Origin: a virus | Taxonomy: Duplodnaviria > Caudoviricetes | Virus record (IMG/VR): IMGVR_UViG_3300030372_005199 | Span: 1-48,483 of that record | Length of the DNA: 48,483 nt | Strand: one strand, 5' to 3' | Shown: in pieces, positions 26,651-36,646 of the stretch | Layout of the letters: each line of letters opens with the position of its first letter | How positions within the stretch are numbered: position 1 is the stretch's first letter | Notes under the pieces: generated by a model | Databases searched by the model: none | What the model saw: only the letters and a program-made list of their open reading frames with translations | What the model was told of the DNA's origin: nothing | Made by a program: the position numbers and the translations under genes

Positions 26651-28241
26651 CTGGTTGCTCCTTCGCTTCTGCTTGCTCGGCTCCAGGATCCGCTGTACCG
26701 GCTGAACCTAGTAGGCGCTCAGCCTTGTCCTGGTCTACACCGTAGGCGGTAACGATCAGCTCCACAGCCGCGTCCCGTGGCATGTTGTCGCAGGCTACGC
26801 TCTCGATTATGGACATCAGCGACTTCACGCGACCGTCGTCCATATCTTTATTTATCGCCTGAGATGAAGCGTCATCTTCTTCCTGTTTTTCAGGCATCCC
26901 GTACATGTCCGCCATCACTTCTTCTTCTGGCGGTTCCTCTGCCATCTCCGTCCCAGATTCAACGGCTGGAAGGTTGGCGAACTCCCGAGCGTAGCGCTCA
27001 AGTTCTTCGTCGGGTGTAATCACCCCAGCCCCAACCAACTGAGTCAGCGCTCCAGCTAGTTCGGCGACGTCCGGTGTTTCAATATCCGCGAACCGGAGCT
27101 TGGGATACAACGAAGCATCGGTGAACCCGTTAAGCCGCATCAGCCTGGGGATTGCTTGCTCGTTGAAGGTGGCTGCTATGGTTTGCAGGTAGGTTCCTAG
27201 AGCTTGCGCGAAGAGCGCTGTTTTGTTGCTGCTCAACGCGAACGAACCGTGCGAATCCATACCGAGCAGGACGAACTCGCCGAGCACCGATAACGCAACG
27301 CGTGATTCATAACGCTTCACGATTTCGTTTACGTCAATCGGGCGGCGACCGCCTGAACTAAGCAGGCTCAACCGGAAGCCTGTGGGGTTGCCGTCCATGT
27401 CTTGTTCGGACGGGATCACGACGCCTTCGTATTCGTCGCGGCGGATTTTCTGAATCATATCGCGGAAGTCGTCAACAACTGCCTTCTGATTGCTGGAGGC
27501 GTTTGCTGCTAACAACTCGGTCGGGACTTGCATCACAGGCAATCCGGCCAAGTCGCGCTCAATACCTATCGCCTCTATCTCCTGAATCCGTTTCATAAAG
27601 AACCAAGACCGGAAAGCGTTTCGCAGGATGCTTCGCCCTTCGGGGTTGTTCTTGTGAGTTTCCGTTCTGAAGAGCAGTGATTTTTCTATAGGAATGAACC
27701 GGATGTCGTAATCAGGGGGAGCCATCTGGTACAGCCCCAAGCACTGTCCCTCGTCGTCGAACTCCCATTTGTAGAGCGTGTCCTGCGAACGCACTGCAAA
27801 CTTTCGCCAACCTATACGACCGTCGCGGTACTTGCTGCTCTTGCTTTGTTGCTCGTTGTACCCTTGGCGCATCTTGTACAAGATTTCAAAGTACGACCAG
27901 CCGTAAGGAAGCATGGAAAGCACTTCCGCCATGAAGTCCGGCCAAGTCAGGTCGGTGTCTTCTATGCACTCCTCAACGAAGTTGGCGAGGAAAGCGTGCT
28001 CTTCGGTTTCGCCGCTCGGCTCAATTGACATCCGTGTTTGACGGACCAGGGTTTTTATCGCGTAAAGGATAGCACCGATGACAGGATCGTTGTCCTTCAT
28101 CTCGGTGTAGATCTTGACTCCCTTTTCGCCTTCTAACTGGCGGAGCCACTCTTCTTGGACATATCCGTCCTGCTGGTTCAAGCCGGAAGAACCTATAACG
28201 TCCAGAACTTTGTATTCGCTGTCTATTTTATCATCGGCCAT
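26637..28241 (-). CDS. Portal protein (DUF935 / Mu gp29-like)
   Basis: NPEGRSILR...W, ERDLAGLP, GSFALS, IPRLMRLNG motifs. Confidence 0.9.
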   Translation of the reverse strand: MADDKIDSEYKVLDVIGSSGLNQQDGYVQEEWLRQLEGEKGVKIYTEMKDNDPVIGAILYAIKTLVRQTRMSIEPSGETEEHAFLANFVEECIEDTDLTWPDFMAEVLSMLPYGWSYFEILYKMRQGYNEQQSKSSKYRDGRIGWRKFAVRSQDTLYKWEFDDEGQCLGLYQMAPPDYDIRFIPIEKSLLFRTETHKNNPEGRSILRNAFRSWFFMKRIQEIEAIGIERDLAGLPVMQVPTELLAANASSNQKAVVDDFRDMIQKIRRDEYEGVVIPSEQDMDGNPTGFRLSLLSSGGRRPIDVNEIVKRYESRVALSVLGEFVLLGMDSHGSFALSSNKTALFAQALGTYLQTIAATFNEQAIPRLMRLNGFTDASLYPKLRFADIETPDVAELAGALTQLVGAGVITPDEELERYAREFANLPAVESGTEMAEEPPEEEVMADMYGMPEKQEEDDASSQAINKDMDDGRVKSLMSIIESVACDNMPRDAAVELIVTAYGVDQDKAERLLGSAGTADPGAEQAEAKEQPDAED

Positions 28242-28242
28242 T

Positions 28243-29142
28243 TCATAGAACTCCTAATGCTTTCGCTTGATCTTCAGTAAGCGGTCTGACGCTACATCGG
28301 CAGTTGATTATCTCGCCCGCTACACCGAACGGGCTCTTCGCGCTTTGATCCCCCGGATACCTCAGCCGCGCTCCCGTCAGTGGGTTTACGAACTCCTCGC
28401 CTGCTCGCACAACTTTATTGTGGAGGGCTTCGTGGTGCCTGTCTCCCGACTTGCCGTCGTTGTTAGCCAACCACAGCAGATATTCCGCTCCGGTTTCTTG
28501 CGCGGCTTGTATTCTGCCGATGTTCCTAGCTTGGTTCTGTTCGGTCCGCGCGATCATCCGTGCTCTTGCGCCGATGCCGTGAGAAGTGAACCTCTGACCG
28601 AGAGGCTTTAGAGCCCTCGGTGTTTCTGCTGCCGATGATACAGTAAGCCACGAACTGAGTCTATTTGATATCTCGTTCAGCGATGGTTGCGGGTCTTCCG
28701 TGAGCCAACCCGAAAGCGCCGTCGCAACGGACTGCCTCATTTCGCGTTGCATCCCGCGCTTCATTCCTTGGATCTGAACGGTCTTTTCGCGTATGAACGC
28801 GGCTTGCGCGGTGGGTTCAAACTTCCACTCCGAGCCGGCGAACTCCCTTCCTGTGTCTACGATCTGGCGAACACCATAGCGCCGCAATATGGCGAGCAAA
28901 GTTTTATCGTCCCACTCGTCGGTCGCTTTCTTAACGCGCTTGTCAGACAACGCTTCAGGTCCGCGCAACTTTATATCCTCCATGATTCTACGGAGTTCGC
29001 GCTTGGCGTTCACTTTGATCCATCGCTCAATTTGCCGCGATAGTTCTTTGGAACGTGATATGACTTTCCTATTTGAACGCCGCGTCTCGCCCCTGAAATC
29101 CGTTGGGGTGATGTCCTCTTTGAGCACGCGTGAACACTGCAT
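28243..29142 (-). CDS. MuF-like minor head morphogenesis protein
   Basis: RARMIARTE, W....D...DRHH, YPGD, INCRC motifs. Confidence 0.85.
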   Translation of the reverse strand: MQCSRVLKEDITPTDFRGETRRSNRKVISRSKELSRQIERWIKVNAKRELRRIMEDIKLRGPEALSDKRVKKATDEWDDKTLLAILRRYGVRQIVDTGREFAGSEWKFEPTAQAAFIREKTVQIQGMKRGMQREMRQSVATALSGWLTEDPQPSLNEISNRLSSWLTVSSAAETPRALKPLGQRFTSHGIGARARMIARTEQNQARNIGRIQAAQETGAEYLLWLANNDGKSGDRHHEALHNKVVRAGEEFVNPLTGARLRYPGDQSAKSPFGVAGEIINCRCSVRPLTEDQAKALGVL

Positions 29143-30506
29143 CAGAAGAAGTTCCTTGGCTGGTAGTTTGCGTTCGAGTCTATCTTCAAGTCTATGGTGT
29201 TCTTACTGTCCAGCTCAGTGATTGCGTAAACCAGCGCGTCCATCCTATCCGGGCTGATCTTTGAGTTCATCGGGGAGTACGAACAGAGCTGGTCCTCTAG
29301 TTCGTTCAACGCGCCAACGTGGTGGACGCGTCCTTGTTCGTAACGCGCTGCGACAGGCTCGGCTCGCAATACCTTCCCGCGAGATGCGTGTACCTTCTTG
29401 ATCGGTACAGTGCTGTCTATCTGGTTAATCATTCGCGCTACCAAATCCCCACCTTGATTCACTTCTGCTATCACCTTATCAGCTCGGTGCATGTTATAGC
29501 GAGTCACAACTGCTCTCGCCCAAGTGTCCACGGAAGCTTTGACCGACCCGTCCCCCAGAACGTAGAAGTGATCATCGCTTCCCAAACCTACCACGATGAT
29601 GCCGGTTTCGTCACTTGTATCTTTGTTCGTAACAGCCGGATCCACTCCAACCACAACTCTTTTCAAAGTTGCTGGCGGTTGGTGTACGCGGTGGTCGTCA
29701 ATCATGCTCCTTTTCCAAAGCGCTCCAGGCACCTCGGTCAGCATGTCCGCATAGATTTCTTGGCGGCCAATCGTGGTCCCTTCGTACTTGTCTATGATCT
29801 GGTCAAAGAAAGCTTTGGCGAGGTTCAGTTTGTTGTCAAACGTTGATCCGCGTGTGATCGCGCAGCTGGGGTTCTCGAGCAGATCTTTCAGCAACTTTAT
29901 GGGACGCGGCGTTGTGGTCACCACGCAGCGCGGGTTCCCCAGCCGCAAGCCAAACATCAGCTGATCCCACGTGTCATAGGGGTAGCTCCAGGCAGCAAGC
30001 TCGTCGCACCATGCGAGGTCATGCTGTGGACCTCGAAGCTGATCGCTGCGCTCAGAAGTGTAAGTGTGTGCAGTTGCACCGCAAGGCCAAGTCAATCGCC
30101 GTCTTGAGGGCTCGTACAGCGGTCGCTCGTGATCTGGGTGAACCGCAAGCAAGCCGGACGGTCCTGTCACCATTACGTCACGAACGTCCGCCGCTGTCCT
30201 ACCCACAAGGGCAATCCGCCGCGCTGATTTGTTTTTCACTTGGTCGCGAACGAACTCCGCTCCAGTTCTGGTCTTACCAAATCCACGACCCGCAACGATA
30301 ACCCAAGACCGCCAGTCGCCTTCCGGCGGGAGCTGCTCAGGCCTCGCCCAGAACCGCCAATCCCAACGCAGGTCAATGAGTTGTTGCGGTGTCAGGCTGT
30401 CCAGTATCTTCGCTCTCTCCTTTGAGCTTATGGATGCGAGTGATAGCAGCTTCGATGAACTCTCTTGCTGTGCCGGACTGCTCTTCGATTTGGATTGCTT
30501 CGCCAT
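29142..30506 (-). CDS. terL: Terminase large subunit
   Basis: Walker A AGRGFGKT, Walker B WCDE, TTTP motif, nuclease VGVDPA and DRMDA; start uncertain. Confidence 0.95.
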   Translation of the reverse strand: MAKQSKSKSSPAQQESSSKLLSLASISSKERAKILDSLTPQQLIDLRWDWRFWARPEQLPPEGDWRSWVIVAGRGFGKTRTGAEFVRDQVKNKSARRIALVGRTAADVRDVMVTGPSGLLAVHPDHERPLYEPSRRRLTWPCGATAHTYTSERSDQLRGPQHDLAWCDELAAWSYPYDTWDQLMFGLRLGNPRCVVTTTPRPIKLLKDLLENPSCAITRGSTFDNKLNLAKAFFDQIIDKYEGTTIGRQEIYADMLTEVPGALWKRSMIDDHRVHQPPATLKRVVVGVDPAVTNKDTSDETGIIVVGLGSDDHFYVLGDGSVKASVDTWARAVVTRYNMHRADKVIAEVNQGGDLVARMINQIDSTVPIKKVHASRGKVLRAEPVAARYEQGRVHHVGALNELEDQLCSYSPMNSKISPDRMDALVYAITELDSKNTIDLKIDSNANYQPRNFF

Positions 30507-30813
30507 CTTTCCCCGTGATCTCCGTACGCGACATGTCACTTTGACCAAGGAGTTGTTTCCCGAGCCAGATCAACATCGTAGGGTTTCCTTCCAGTGCCTT
30601 CGCCCACTGTGCTCGCCTGAGCGATGCTCGCCCTTCGGCGCGTCCCTTTTGTATCATGTCCGACAGTTCGGGGTCACGCTTCAGCACATCATAGAAGTAC
30701 TTTGCAGATATATTCAGACAAGCCGCTATCTCTTCGTTCGTGCAAGCCATCTTCGCCAGCTTGTGAGCCAACTGATAATCAACGGTTATCCGTGGTTTCT
30801 TTTTCTTTGCCAT
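30373..30813 (-). CDS. terS: Terminase small subunit
   Basis: HTH (CTNEEIAACLNIS), KGR..G.ASLRR.QW..A..GN.TMLIWLGKQ.LGQ, EITGKDG; start 30813 or 30846. Confidence 0.8.
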   Translation of the reverse strand: MAKKKKPRITVDYQLAHKLAKMACTNEEIAACLNISAKYFYDVLKRDPELSDMIQKGRAEGRASLRRAQWAKALEGNPTMLIWLGKQLLGQSDMSRTEITGKDGEAIQIEEQSGTAREFIEAAITRIHKLKGESEDTGQPDTATTH

Positions 30814-30870
30814 ACCAAGTTCCTTCCGTGTTTCGTTTTGGCTCATCTTAATGTTAAGCGCCGAAACAAG

Positions 30871-31875
30871 TTACGAGAAGAGGGCATCGTACTGTCCGAC
30901 AATTTTACTAGATGAGCGCTCGTTCAGAATATCCGTTGTATTGCCTATGATGTTTTTCAACTCGGCTGAAGAAAGCCCTGACTTCATTAAGTCCGCAAGC
31001 TCTTCGGCTGTGCTCACTGCGATTGCCGTGACACCGTCCTCAACTGTTTTTTCGCGCTTGCTCAGCCAACCTCTATTGACCACCAAAACAGATTCACCGT
31101 CCCAAGCTTCCAGGAAAGTATATTGCGAACCGCCTCCGTCGCCTTTGATAACGCTCATGTCCACAACGAAATTAGAGTTTCCGGCCATGTTAGCAGCAAC
31201 TCCCCAAGCGTTTCCGAATGCTCCGTGGTAGCAGTCGCGCCAGTTCGGGAAGTCGTTCGTCAGTTTGTGGTGTGTATACAAGCGGTTCTCAAAACCGTGG
31301 ATGCTGATTTGCTTGTTTGGTGGCAGCAGCAAGTTCGCTCCGGCCATGATGTGAATGTGTTTATCCCAATCCAAGCGGCTGAACGAAACTGCGTTGTTCA
31401 CTCTAGGCCTCGGGTGGGATTCCGCGTGGCGAACGTATGGGTGTTTTATGAAGTGCGACTTGATACCGTGCTCAGCCAGATTGTGGACGTTCTCAGCTCG
31501 AATGACGATCGGTTCGGTGCCTGTGTCTTTCACTACCTGAAGCAAATCACCCTTCATTTCGGTTGGGTCGTGTATAACCAGTCGAGCGCCTGCTTTCAGT
31601 AGAGCCGCGCCTTCTTTCAAATAGTTGGCGTCAATCGCTGTAATGATTGTGCGTCCTGTATTGGCCAAGCCTACAGCGCTTTTCAGATCAAGGTTGTTGT
31701 ACTTTACCGAATAACCGTAATCCCTGAGCACGTTTTCACGTGTCTTACCTACGCGATACAAGTGCGTTTCCGCTCCGGTTTCTTCAAGCGCGTGTTTCAG
31801 GTGAGCGGTAAAGGTAACCCAACCGCCGAACCTCGGTTTCGCGAGATAGATAAGATTGTAATTTCTGAATATCAT
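30871..31875 (-). CDS. GT-B fold glycosyltransferase (putative DNA base glycosyltransferase)
   Basis: N-terminal FGGW, SFSRLDWDKH (GRxxxxK-like), DMS...GGGSQYTFLEAW (E-x7-E-like region); ATGA-coupled to the TET/JBP gene. Confidence 0.75.
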   Translation of the reverse strand: MIFRNYNLIYLAKPRFGGWVTFTAHLKHALEETGAETHLYRVGKTRENVLRDYGYSVKYNNLDLKSAVGLANTGRTIITAIDANYLKEGAALLKAGARLVIHDPTEMKGDLLQVVKDTGTEPIVIRAENVHNLAEHGIKSHFIKHPYVRHAESHPRPRVNNAVSFSRLDWDKHIHIMAGANLLLPPNKQISIHGFENRLYTHHKLTNDFPNWRDCYHGAFGNAWGVAANMAGNSNFVVDMSVIKGDGGGSQYTFLEAWDGESVLVVNRGWLSKREKTVEDGVTAIAVSTAEELADLMKSGLSSAELKNIIGNTTDILNERSSSKIVGQYDALFS

Positions 31876-32780
31876 ATTGCACCTTTACCGAACTTCTTAG
31901 CTCTCTTGATTTCTTCTGCGAGCGAACCACAATCTATGATTCCTTCGCGGTAGTACATCACAGCGGTGACCCGTTCGTACTTACCTGGAACGCTCCTACG
32001 GTATGGCGTGTTCGCGTGTAATTCATGCACGTCTGCCAACAACACGTCGCAAGTTCGTAAGTCTACCCCGACACGGAAAGCCGGGAACACTGTGTAGCTT
32101 CCTTCGTATTTTCCACGGCTTATCGTGGACAAACACCCGAAGCCTTCTTTCAGATCGCCTGCATCATAATGAGCCGCAACCCGGAAGTTCCTGTTCACCG
32201 TAACCGATGTGAACACTGTTCCCGGTATGATGTAGTCCTGATGCGAAGCGTCACACTTTTCTTTCTGTGCTGCATATCTGTCAGGGACTTTTTCAGCGAA
32301 CACGTCGCTCACCTCTTGTAAGAACGGCACAACTTTTCCGAACATCATGGGATGTCGTGCGTTGAAAGCTGTTTTCCTACAAAGTGGGAACCTGACGTAT
32401 CTGTCTGTGTAACCAATCACAGAAGCGTACATGTGATGAATCTCTGGAGTTGCCCCAAAAGGAATCGCGGAAGTGTTACCGGCTGTTCCATCCTTACGGT
32501 AGCGAACACCCTTGTACTTGTTCCCGACAGCCGTTTGTCGGTTATCGGGTCGGCTGCTTTTCGTTGCGTAGCGCAACACCTCGAAAGCCTCTTCAGAGGC
32601 TCTTTCAGAGACTGCTTTGGGTATAAACTTCAAAAGCAGGGAGCCGTCCTCTTTGTAGATTTCGGCTTCCTCGCCACTGACAAGCGTGTCAATGAATGAT
32701 TCGTCAATATGCTCGCCAACGAGCGACAGTTCTTCTTCTCTCGAGATGTGTCTTTTTGCCTCAATCCGTTTGACGGTCAT
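31872..32780 (-). CDS. TET/JBP-family 2OG-Fe(II) dioxygenase (5-methylpyrimidine oxygenase)
   Basis: CRKTAF, TVFTSVTVNRNF..AHYDAGD (HxD), DVHELHANT (distal H), ERVTAVMYYRE (2OG-binding R). Confidence 0.9.
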   Translation of the reverse strand: MTVKRIEAKRHISREEELSLVGEHIDESFIDTLVSGEEAEIYKEDGSLLLKFIPKAVSERASEEAFEVLRYATKSSRPDNRQTAVGNKYKGVRYRKDGTAGNTSAIPFGATPEIHHMYASVIGYTDRYVRFPLCRKTAFNARHPMMFGKVVPFLQEVSDVFAEKVPDRYAAQKEKCDASHQDYIIPGTVFTSVTVNRNFRVAAHYDAGDLKEGFGCLSTISRGKYEGSYTVFPAFRVGVDLRTCDVLLADVHELHANTPYRRSVPGKYERVTAVMYYREGIIDCGSLAEEIKRAKKFGKGAI

Positions 32781-33396
32781 TGTAAGCTTCCAGCACTGCA
32801 TTCAATACAGTGTCGGTGACGTTATCCGTACCGAACACCTCAGCCAAGTTCTGAACCGCTGTTATGAACTTGTCGTACGACTCAGGCTCGAAATAAAGTT
32901 GCACGAACTTCACGTTGGTTTCTTCAATGGCTTCTTCAGTGGTGCTTTCAGCTTCAGGAAGCGTTGGCGCTTCCATGTCTTCTTCTTTGAAAAGTTCGGC
33001 AAGCTCGTTCATCGTAAAGCCCAAACCGTCCAACGTATCAAAGGAACCGATGTGTTCCTCCAACGCTCCAAGATCCCAAGTGGACAGCTCAGCGGTTCTG
33101 TTATCTGCGATACTGTAAGCAGCAGCTTCTTCGCCTTTGAGCTTGGTTTTCACTGCTGCGATTTGAGTCCAGCCAAGCTCCTTGGCTGCTCTGAGTGTGC
33201 CGTTACCGGCAAGCACTGACTTTCCGTCTTGTCTAAGAACGATCGGTTTCTGCTGTCCGAAGCGGGACAAGCTTTCTTTGATTGCCTTAATGGAGCGGTC
33301 TTCGTGCAGCCGTGCGTTCATTTCGTCTTCAACGAGAACTTCAATCGGCATCTTTAGCTTGTTCAGACCCGCTGCGATGTTGTGTGTTTCAGCCAT
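32761..33396 (-). CDS. ParB/Srx-like N-terminal domain protein without a methyltransferase domain
   Basis: NARLH, SL.RFGQQKPIV, LAGNG...AAKELGW, IADNRT.ELS.WD; short helical C-terminus. Confidence 0.85.
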   Translation of the reverse strand: MAETHNIAAGLNKLKMPIEVLVEDEMNARLHEDRSIKAIKESLSRFGQQKPIVLRQDGKSVLAGNGTLRAAKELGWTQIAAVKTKLKGEEAAAYSIADNRTAELSTWDLGALEEHIGSFDTLDGLGFTMNELAELFKEEDMEAPTLPEAESTTEEAIEETNVKFVQLYFEPESYDKFITAVQNLAEVFGTDNVTDTVLNAVLEAYNDRQTD

Positions 33397-33601
33397 CAGA
33401 CTGCTCCTTTAAGTACCGCTCCAGTTCTTCCCGAGCGATCACTTTCTTTCTTGGACCGAGCAGCCAAGACCGGAGTCTTCCGGCTTCGTTCCATCGTGTT
33501 AGTGTAGACAAAGAAACGCCAAGAACCCGCGCAACTTCACGCACAGGGTAAACAGATTTTCCAGGCTCGATCCCGGCATCTTTACACAGACCATCCCACA
33601 T
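33389..33601 (-). CDS. Excisionase/MerR-like HTH DNA-binding protein
   Basis: YPVREVARVLGVSLSTLTRW...GRL pattern; first gene of the late arm. Confidence 0.8.
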   Translation of the reverse strand: MWDGLCKDAGIEPGKSVYPVREVARVLGVSLSTLTRWNEAGRLRSWLLGPRKKVIAREELERYLKEQSDG

Positions 33602-34221
33602 AATCAGTTCGGCGCCTCACGGTTCTTCATAGACTCATAACGAATCACGGATAACCACAGGCAGTCAAGCAAGCTACACCGAAAAAGAACGATTTCGGTG
33701 TAAGGCGGATACCCGAAACATGGATAAAATACACCCCGAAAAGGGATCATTTGAACCCATGTGACAAACCACCACGGACGAGGGTACAATTCGCCGGCCG
33801 ATCTTGTGCAGGAAGACCGCTCAGGAACCCTTTCAATACCTTTATAGGGCTCTGTGATCTGTATGATTTCTGTCCTATTTAATTATCCATCATTTTTATT
33901 CTATTACTAGAAATTGAATATATCCTGCACAGTGGCCAAGTGTCTGAAAACGCTCGAGTCCTCTGTTCAGGAGCGTTCCCGCACAATCCTGTCCGGTGTC
34001 GTTTTGATGCACACTCCGAACATTCCCGTACAGCTGAGCGGTAAGATAAGCGGTCACCTCAGATGGACCGTACTAAATACTCACAAACTCCTTGAGGGTG
34101 TTGCCTATATATTGCATGATGTGTGATAAAGCCCAGTCGCCTATCGGACACCTGTTGGGGGTGCTGTAGCGATATGAAAATACAGCCGCCCTTGCGCGAG
34201 GGCTACATAAGAGGGGACCCA
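33602..34221. promoter_or_regulatory. Divergent intergenic control region, possible replication origin
   Basis: About 620 bp without a convincing gene between divergent arms; AT-rich core near 33865..33925; adjacent to primase-helicase. Confidence 0.45.
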
Positions 34222-36639
34222 GTGAACAAGAGAACAATCCATTTCTCGGTTTTCAAAAACCGTTACGACACCCACGCCAATCCGGTCGCCCGTGATTGGG
34301 ACTACTGGGTAAACGAACTCAGCAAGCCACAAATCACGCAGAACAAAGACACCTTTGCCATCGTGCTGGGTCACATTGCAGCAGGTAGAACACACGCCAA
34401 CAACGAGGTAGAACACATCGACGCGCTGGGGCTTGACCTAGACGGACTCACAGACAACACCATCGCTCAGATATACGACAAGCTCCAAGGCTTGGAGTTC
34501 TTGATGTACACCAGTTACAACCACAGCGACACCGTGAACAAGCTTCGCGTGATTTTACCACTGAGCGAACCATTACAGGCAGCAGACTTCCCACGAGCCT
34601 GGAGCAAGCTGAACAGATACATCGGCGGATACAACGACCCACAAACTTCCAACATCGCTCGCCTGTTTTATGTTCACTCCCACCCACAAGAACGAGCCCA
34701 GTTCGCACAAGTGATTCACAACGAGGGCGAGTGGCTAGACATAAACGCGCTGACCGTGAACAATGACGCAACGTCCCAAGAAGAACCGGAACCCGTTGTG
34801 GCAAACAACAACCCGACGCGCTTCCTGCTTACACGCGATATGATCCTTGAGGAAGGACGCAGACGAGCACGCTGGCGCGGTAGTCGCGACCGCTTGGTTG
34901 GGCAGTTACTCAAGGCGCTTGGACGCGGTGATTCCTTCGCGGAAAAGGGCAGTCGTGAGAACGCTCGTTTCTTGCTGTGTCAAACACTGCTGGAGATTTG
35001 GCCTGAGCTAGACCTTGAGCACGCCACCGAACTATTCCGCCCGAGTATTGCAGCAATGCACGCGGACAAGCCGCTCAAAACAGGAGTGGAAGGCACACTC
35101 AAAGAAATCAAGTACAAGCTTGGTAGAGCACGGGTGAAAGTGCAGGCAGAGCGCGAGCAGTTCGCGAACCGTGTACGCGACGAGCAAGCGCGGATCAATT
35201 ACGATGCACGCGGTGACGGTTTGGATACCGAGTACACCGAGCAAGACTTGGCCACGATTGCATCCATGCAGGACTGCTCGGTGCATGAATTAAAGAACCG
35301 CTGGATAGCCTACAAAGACGGATGCGCTTATTTCCTGAACATGCGTGGATACCAAGGACCATTCGGGAAGGCGGATGTGCGTAGTTTGGCGGCGATTTTC
35401 CTTAACCCGATCAACGGTGTGACAGCGTACAATCCACCAGCGCGGCGCGGAGCGAATAGGATGATAAAGTCCTACGCTGAACTGACATCGGAGTACGGTT
35501 CTGTCATCCACGATATCGAGGCAAGCCTCATCCACGATTATTCCACGTTCGATAAAGTCACCGGCAAGCTGGTAGAAATTACAGCCCCGAAGAGTCCGTT
35601 CATAAAGCCTGTTCAACACGAACATGTTCAAAGGTGGCTCCAGTTGTTGGGCGGCGACCAAGCAGGCAAGCTCGTTGACTGGGTTGCGGCTGTGCCACAC
35701 CTTCACCGACAGTGCTGCGCTTTGTACCTGTGGGGTTCTAAAGGTGTGGGGAAAACACTTCTGCTCAATGGACTGGCGCGGTTGTGGAACCTGAGCGACC
35801 CAACACCCTTGGACGCTGTTATTGACGCGTTCAACGAGCGACTGGCGCGGATGCCTTTGATTGTGGCTGACGAGTACTTGCCCGACGCGAAGAACATGTC
35901 CGGCAAGTTGCGCGAGTTTATAGCAAGCCAGAGCCACACCCTTCGCCGCAAGTACCGCCCTGAAGCATCGCTGACGGGTTGTATACGCTTGGTAATACTG
36001 GCAAACACGCCACACCTATTGGACCTGAAGGGCGACCACACGAAGGAAGACCTGGACGCCATCGCTGAGCGTTTCCTGTTCATACAGACGCAGAAAGAAG
36101 CCTCCGGTTATTTGGAGTCGTTGCCGCAAGAAACCAAGGACATGATGCTAAAGAAGCACATCGCCGAACATTGCCTGTGGCTGTCCGAGAACTGGGACAT
36201 CCAAGAAGGACGCAGGTTCATCGTAGAGGGTCACTTGGGCGAGGCCAACCTAAACATCAGCATCAACAACGAACGCACAGCCATGATCTGTGAGTGGCTC
36301 ATAGAGTACCTGACCAACCCAGAGTCGCTCGAGAACAACCCACGACTCAGCGGTTTGGTCCGTATAGAGGATCAAAGCTTGTGGGTGAACAGTTACGCAA
36401 TCCAGAAGGCTTGGTCGTTGTACATGGACAAAGCCAACGGAATGTCAGCGCGTGCAATAGGTATCGCGCTCAAAGCTGTGGCATCCAAGGAAGAGGATAA
36501 CTACAAGCGCGAGCGCGTAAACGGTAACCAGCGCGGGTTCTATAAAATCAACACTGATTTATTGAGCAGCTGGAGCGAAGCCCACGGTCGTATGAGCCAC
36601 GAGGATATTTCAAACATTGTCGGATGCGCTCCGTTCTAA
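34222..36639 (+). CDS. Primase-helicase (AEP-like N-terminus, SF3/DUF5906-like helicase C-terminus)
   Basis: LDLD, YTSYNH, KLRVILPL, D......RLFY primase motifs; Walker A GSKGVGKT, Walker B IVADE, ILAN; GTG start after GAGGGG. Confidence 0.85.
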   Translation: MNKRTIHFSVFKNRYDTHANPVARDWDYWVNELSKPQITQNKDTFAIVLGHIAAGRTHANNEVEHIDALGLDLDGLTDNTIAQIYDKLQGLEFLMYTSYNHSDTVNKLRVILPLSEPLQAADFPRAWSKLNRYIGGYNDPQTSNIARLFYVHSHPQERAQFAQVIHNEGEWLDINALTVNNDATSQEEPEPVVANNNPTRFLLTRDMILEEGRRRARWRGSRDRLVGQLLKALGRGDSFAEKGSRENARFLLCQTLLEIWPELDLEHATELFRPSIAAMHADKPLKTGVEGTLKEIKYKLGRARVKVQAEREQFANRVRDEQARINYDARGDGLDTEYTEQDLATIASMQDCSVHELKNRWIAYKDGCAYFLNMRGYQGPFGKADVRSLAAIFLNPINGVTAYNPPARRGANRMIKSYAELTSEYGSVIHDIEASLIHDYSTFDKVTGKLVEITAPKSPFIKPVQHEHVQRWLQLLGGDQAGKLVDWVAAVPHLHRQCCALYLWGSKGVGKTLLLNGLARLWNLSDPTPLDAVIDAFNERLARMPLIVADEYLPDAKNMSGKLREFIASQSHTLRRKYRPEASLTGCIRLVILANTPHLLDLKGDHTKEDLDAIAERFLFIQTQKEASGYLESLPQETKDMMLKKHIAEHCLWLSENWDIQEGRRFIVEGHLGEANLNISINNERTAMICEWLIEYLTNPESLENNPRLSGLVRIEDQSLWVNSYAIQKAWSLYMDKANGMSARAIGIALKAVASKEEDNYKRERVNGNQRGFYKINTDLLSSWSEAHGRMSHEDISNIVGCAPF

Positions 36640-36646
36640 GGGAACT

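Noticed and set aside
33389-33601. Excisionase implying a temperate lifestyle
   Set aside because: No integrase or CI-like repressor recognised; the HTH heads the late operon and is more likely regulatory or packaging-related.
33604-33789. 61-aa ORF upstream of the late arm
   Set aside because: No SD or recognisable motif and atypical composition; probably part of the control region.
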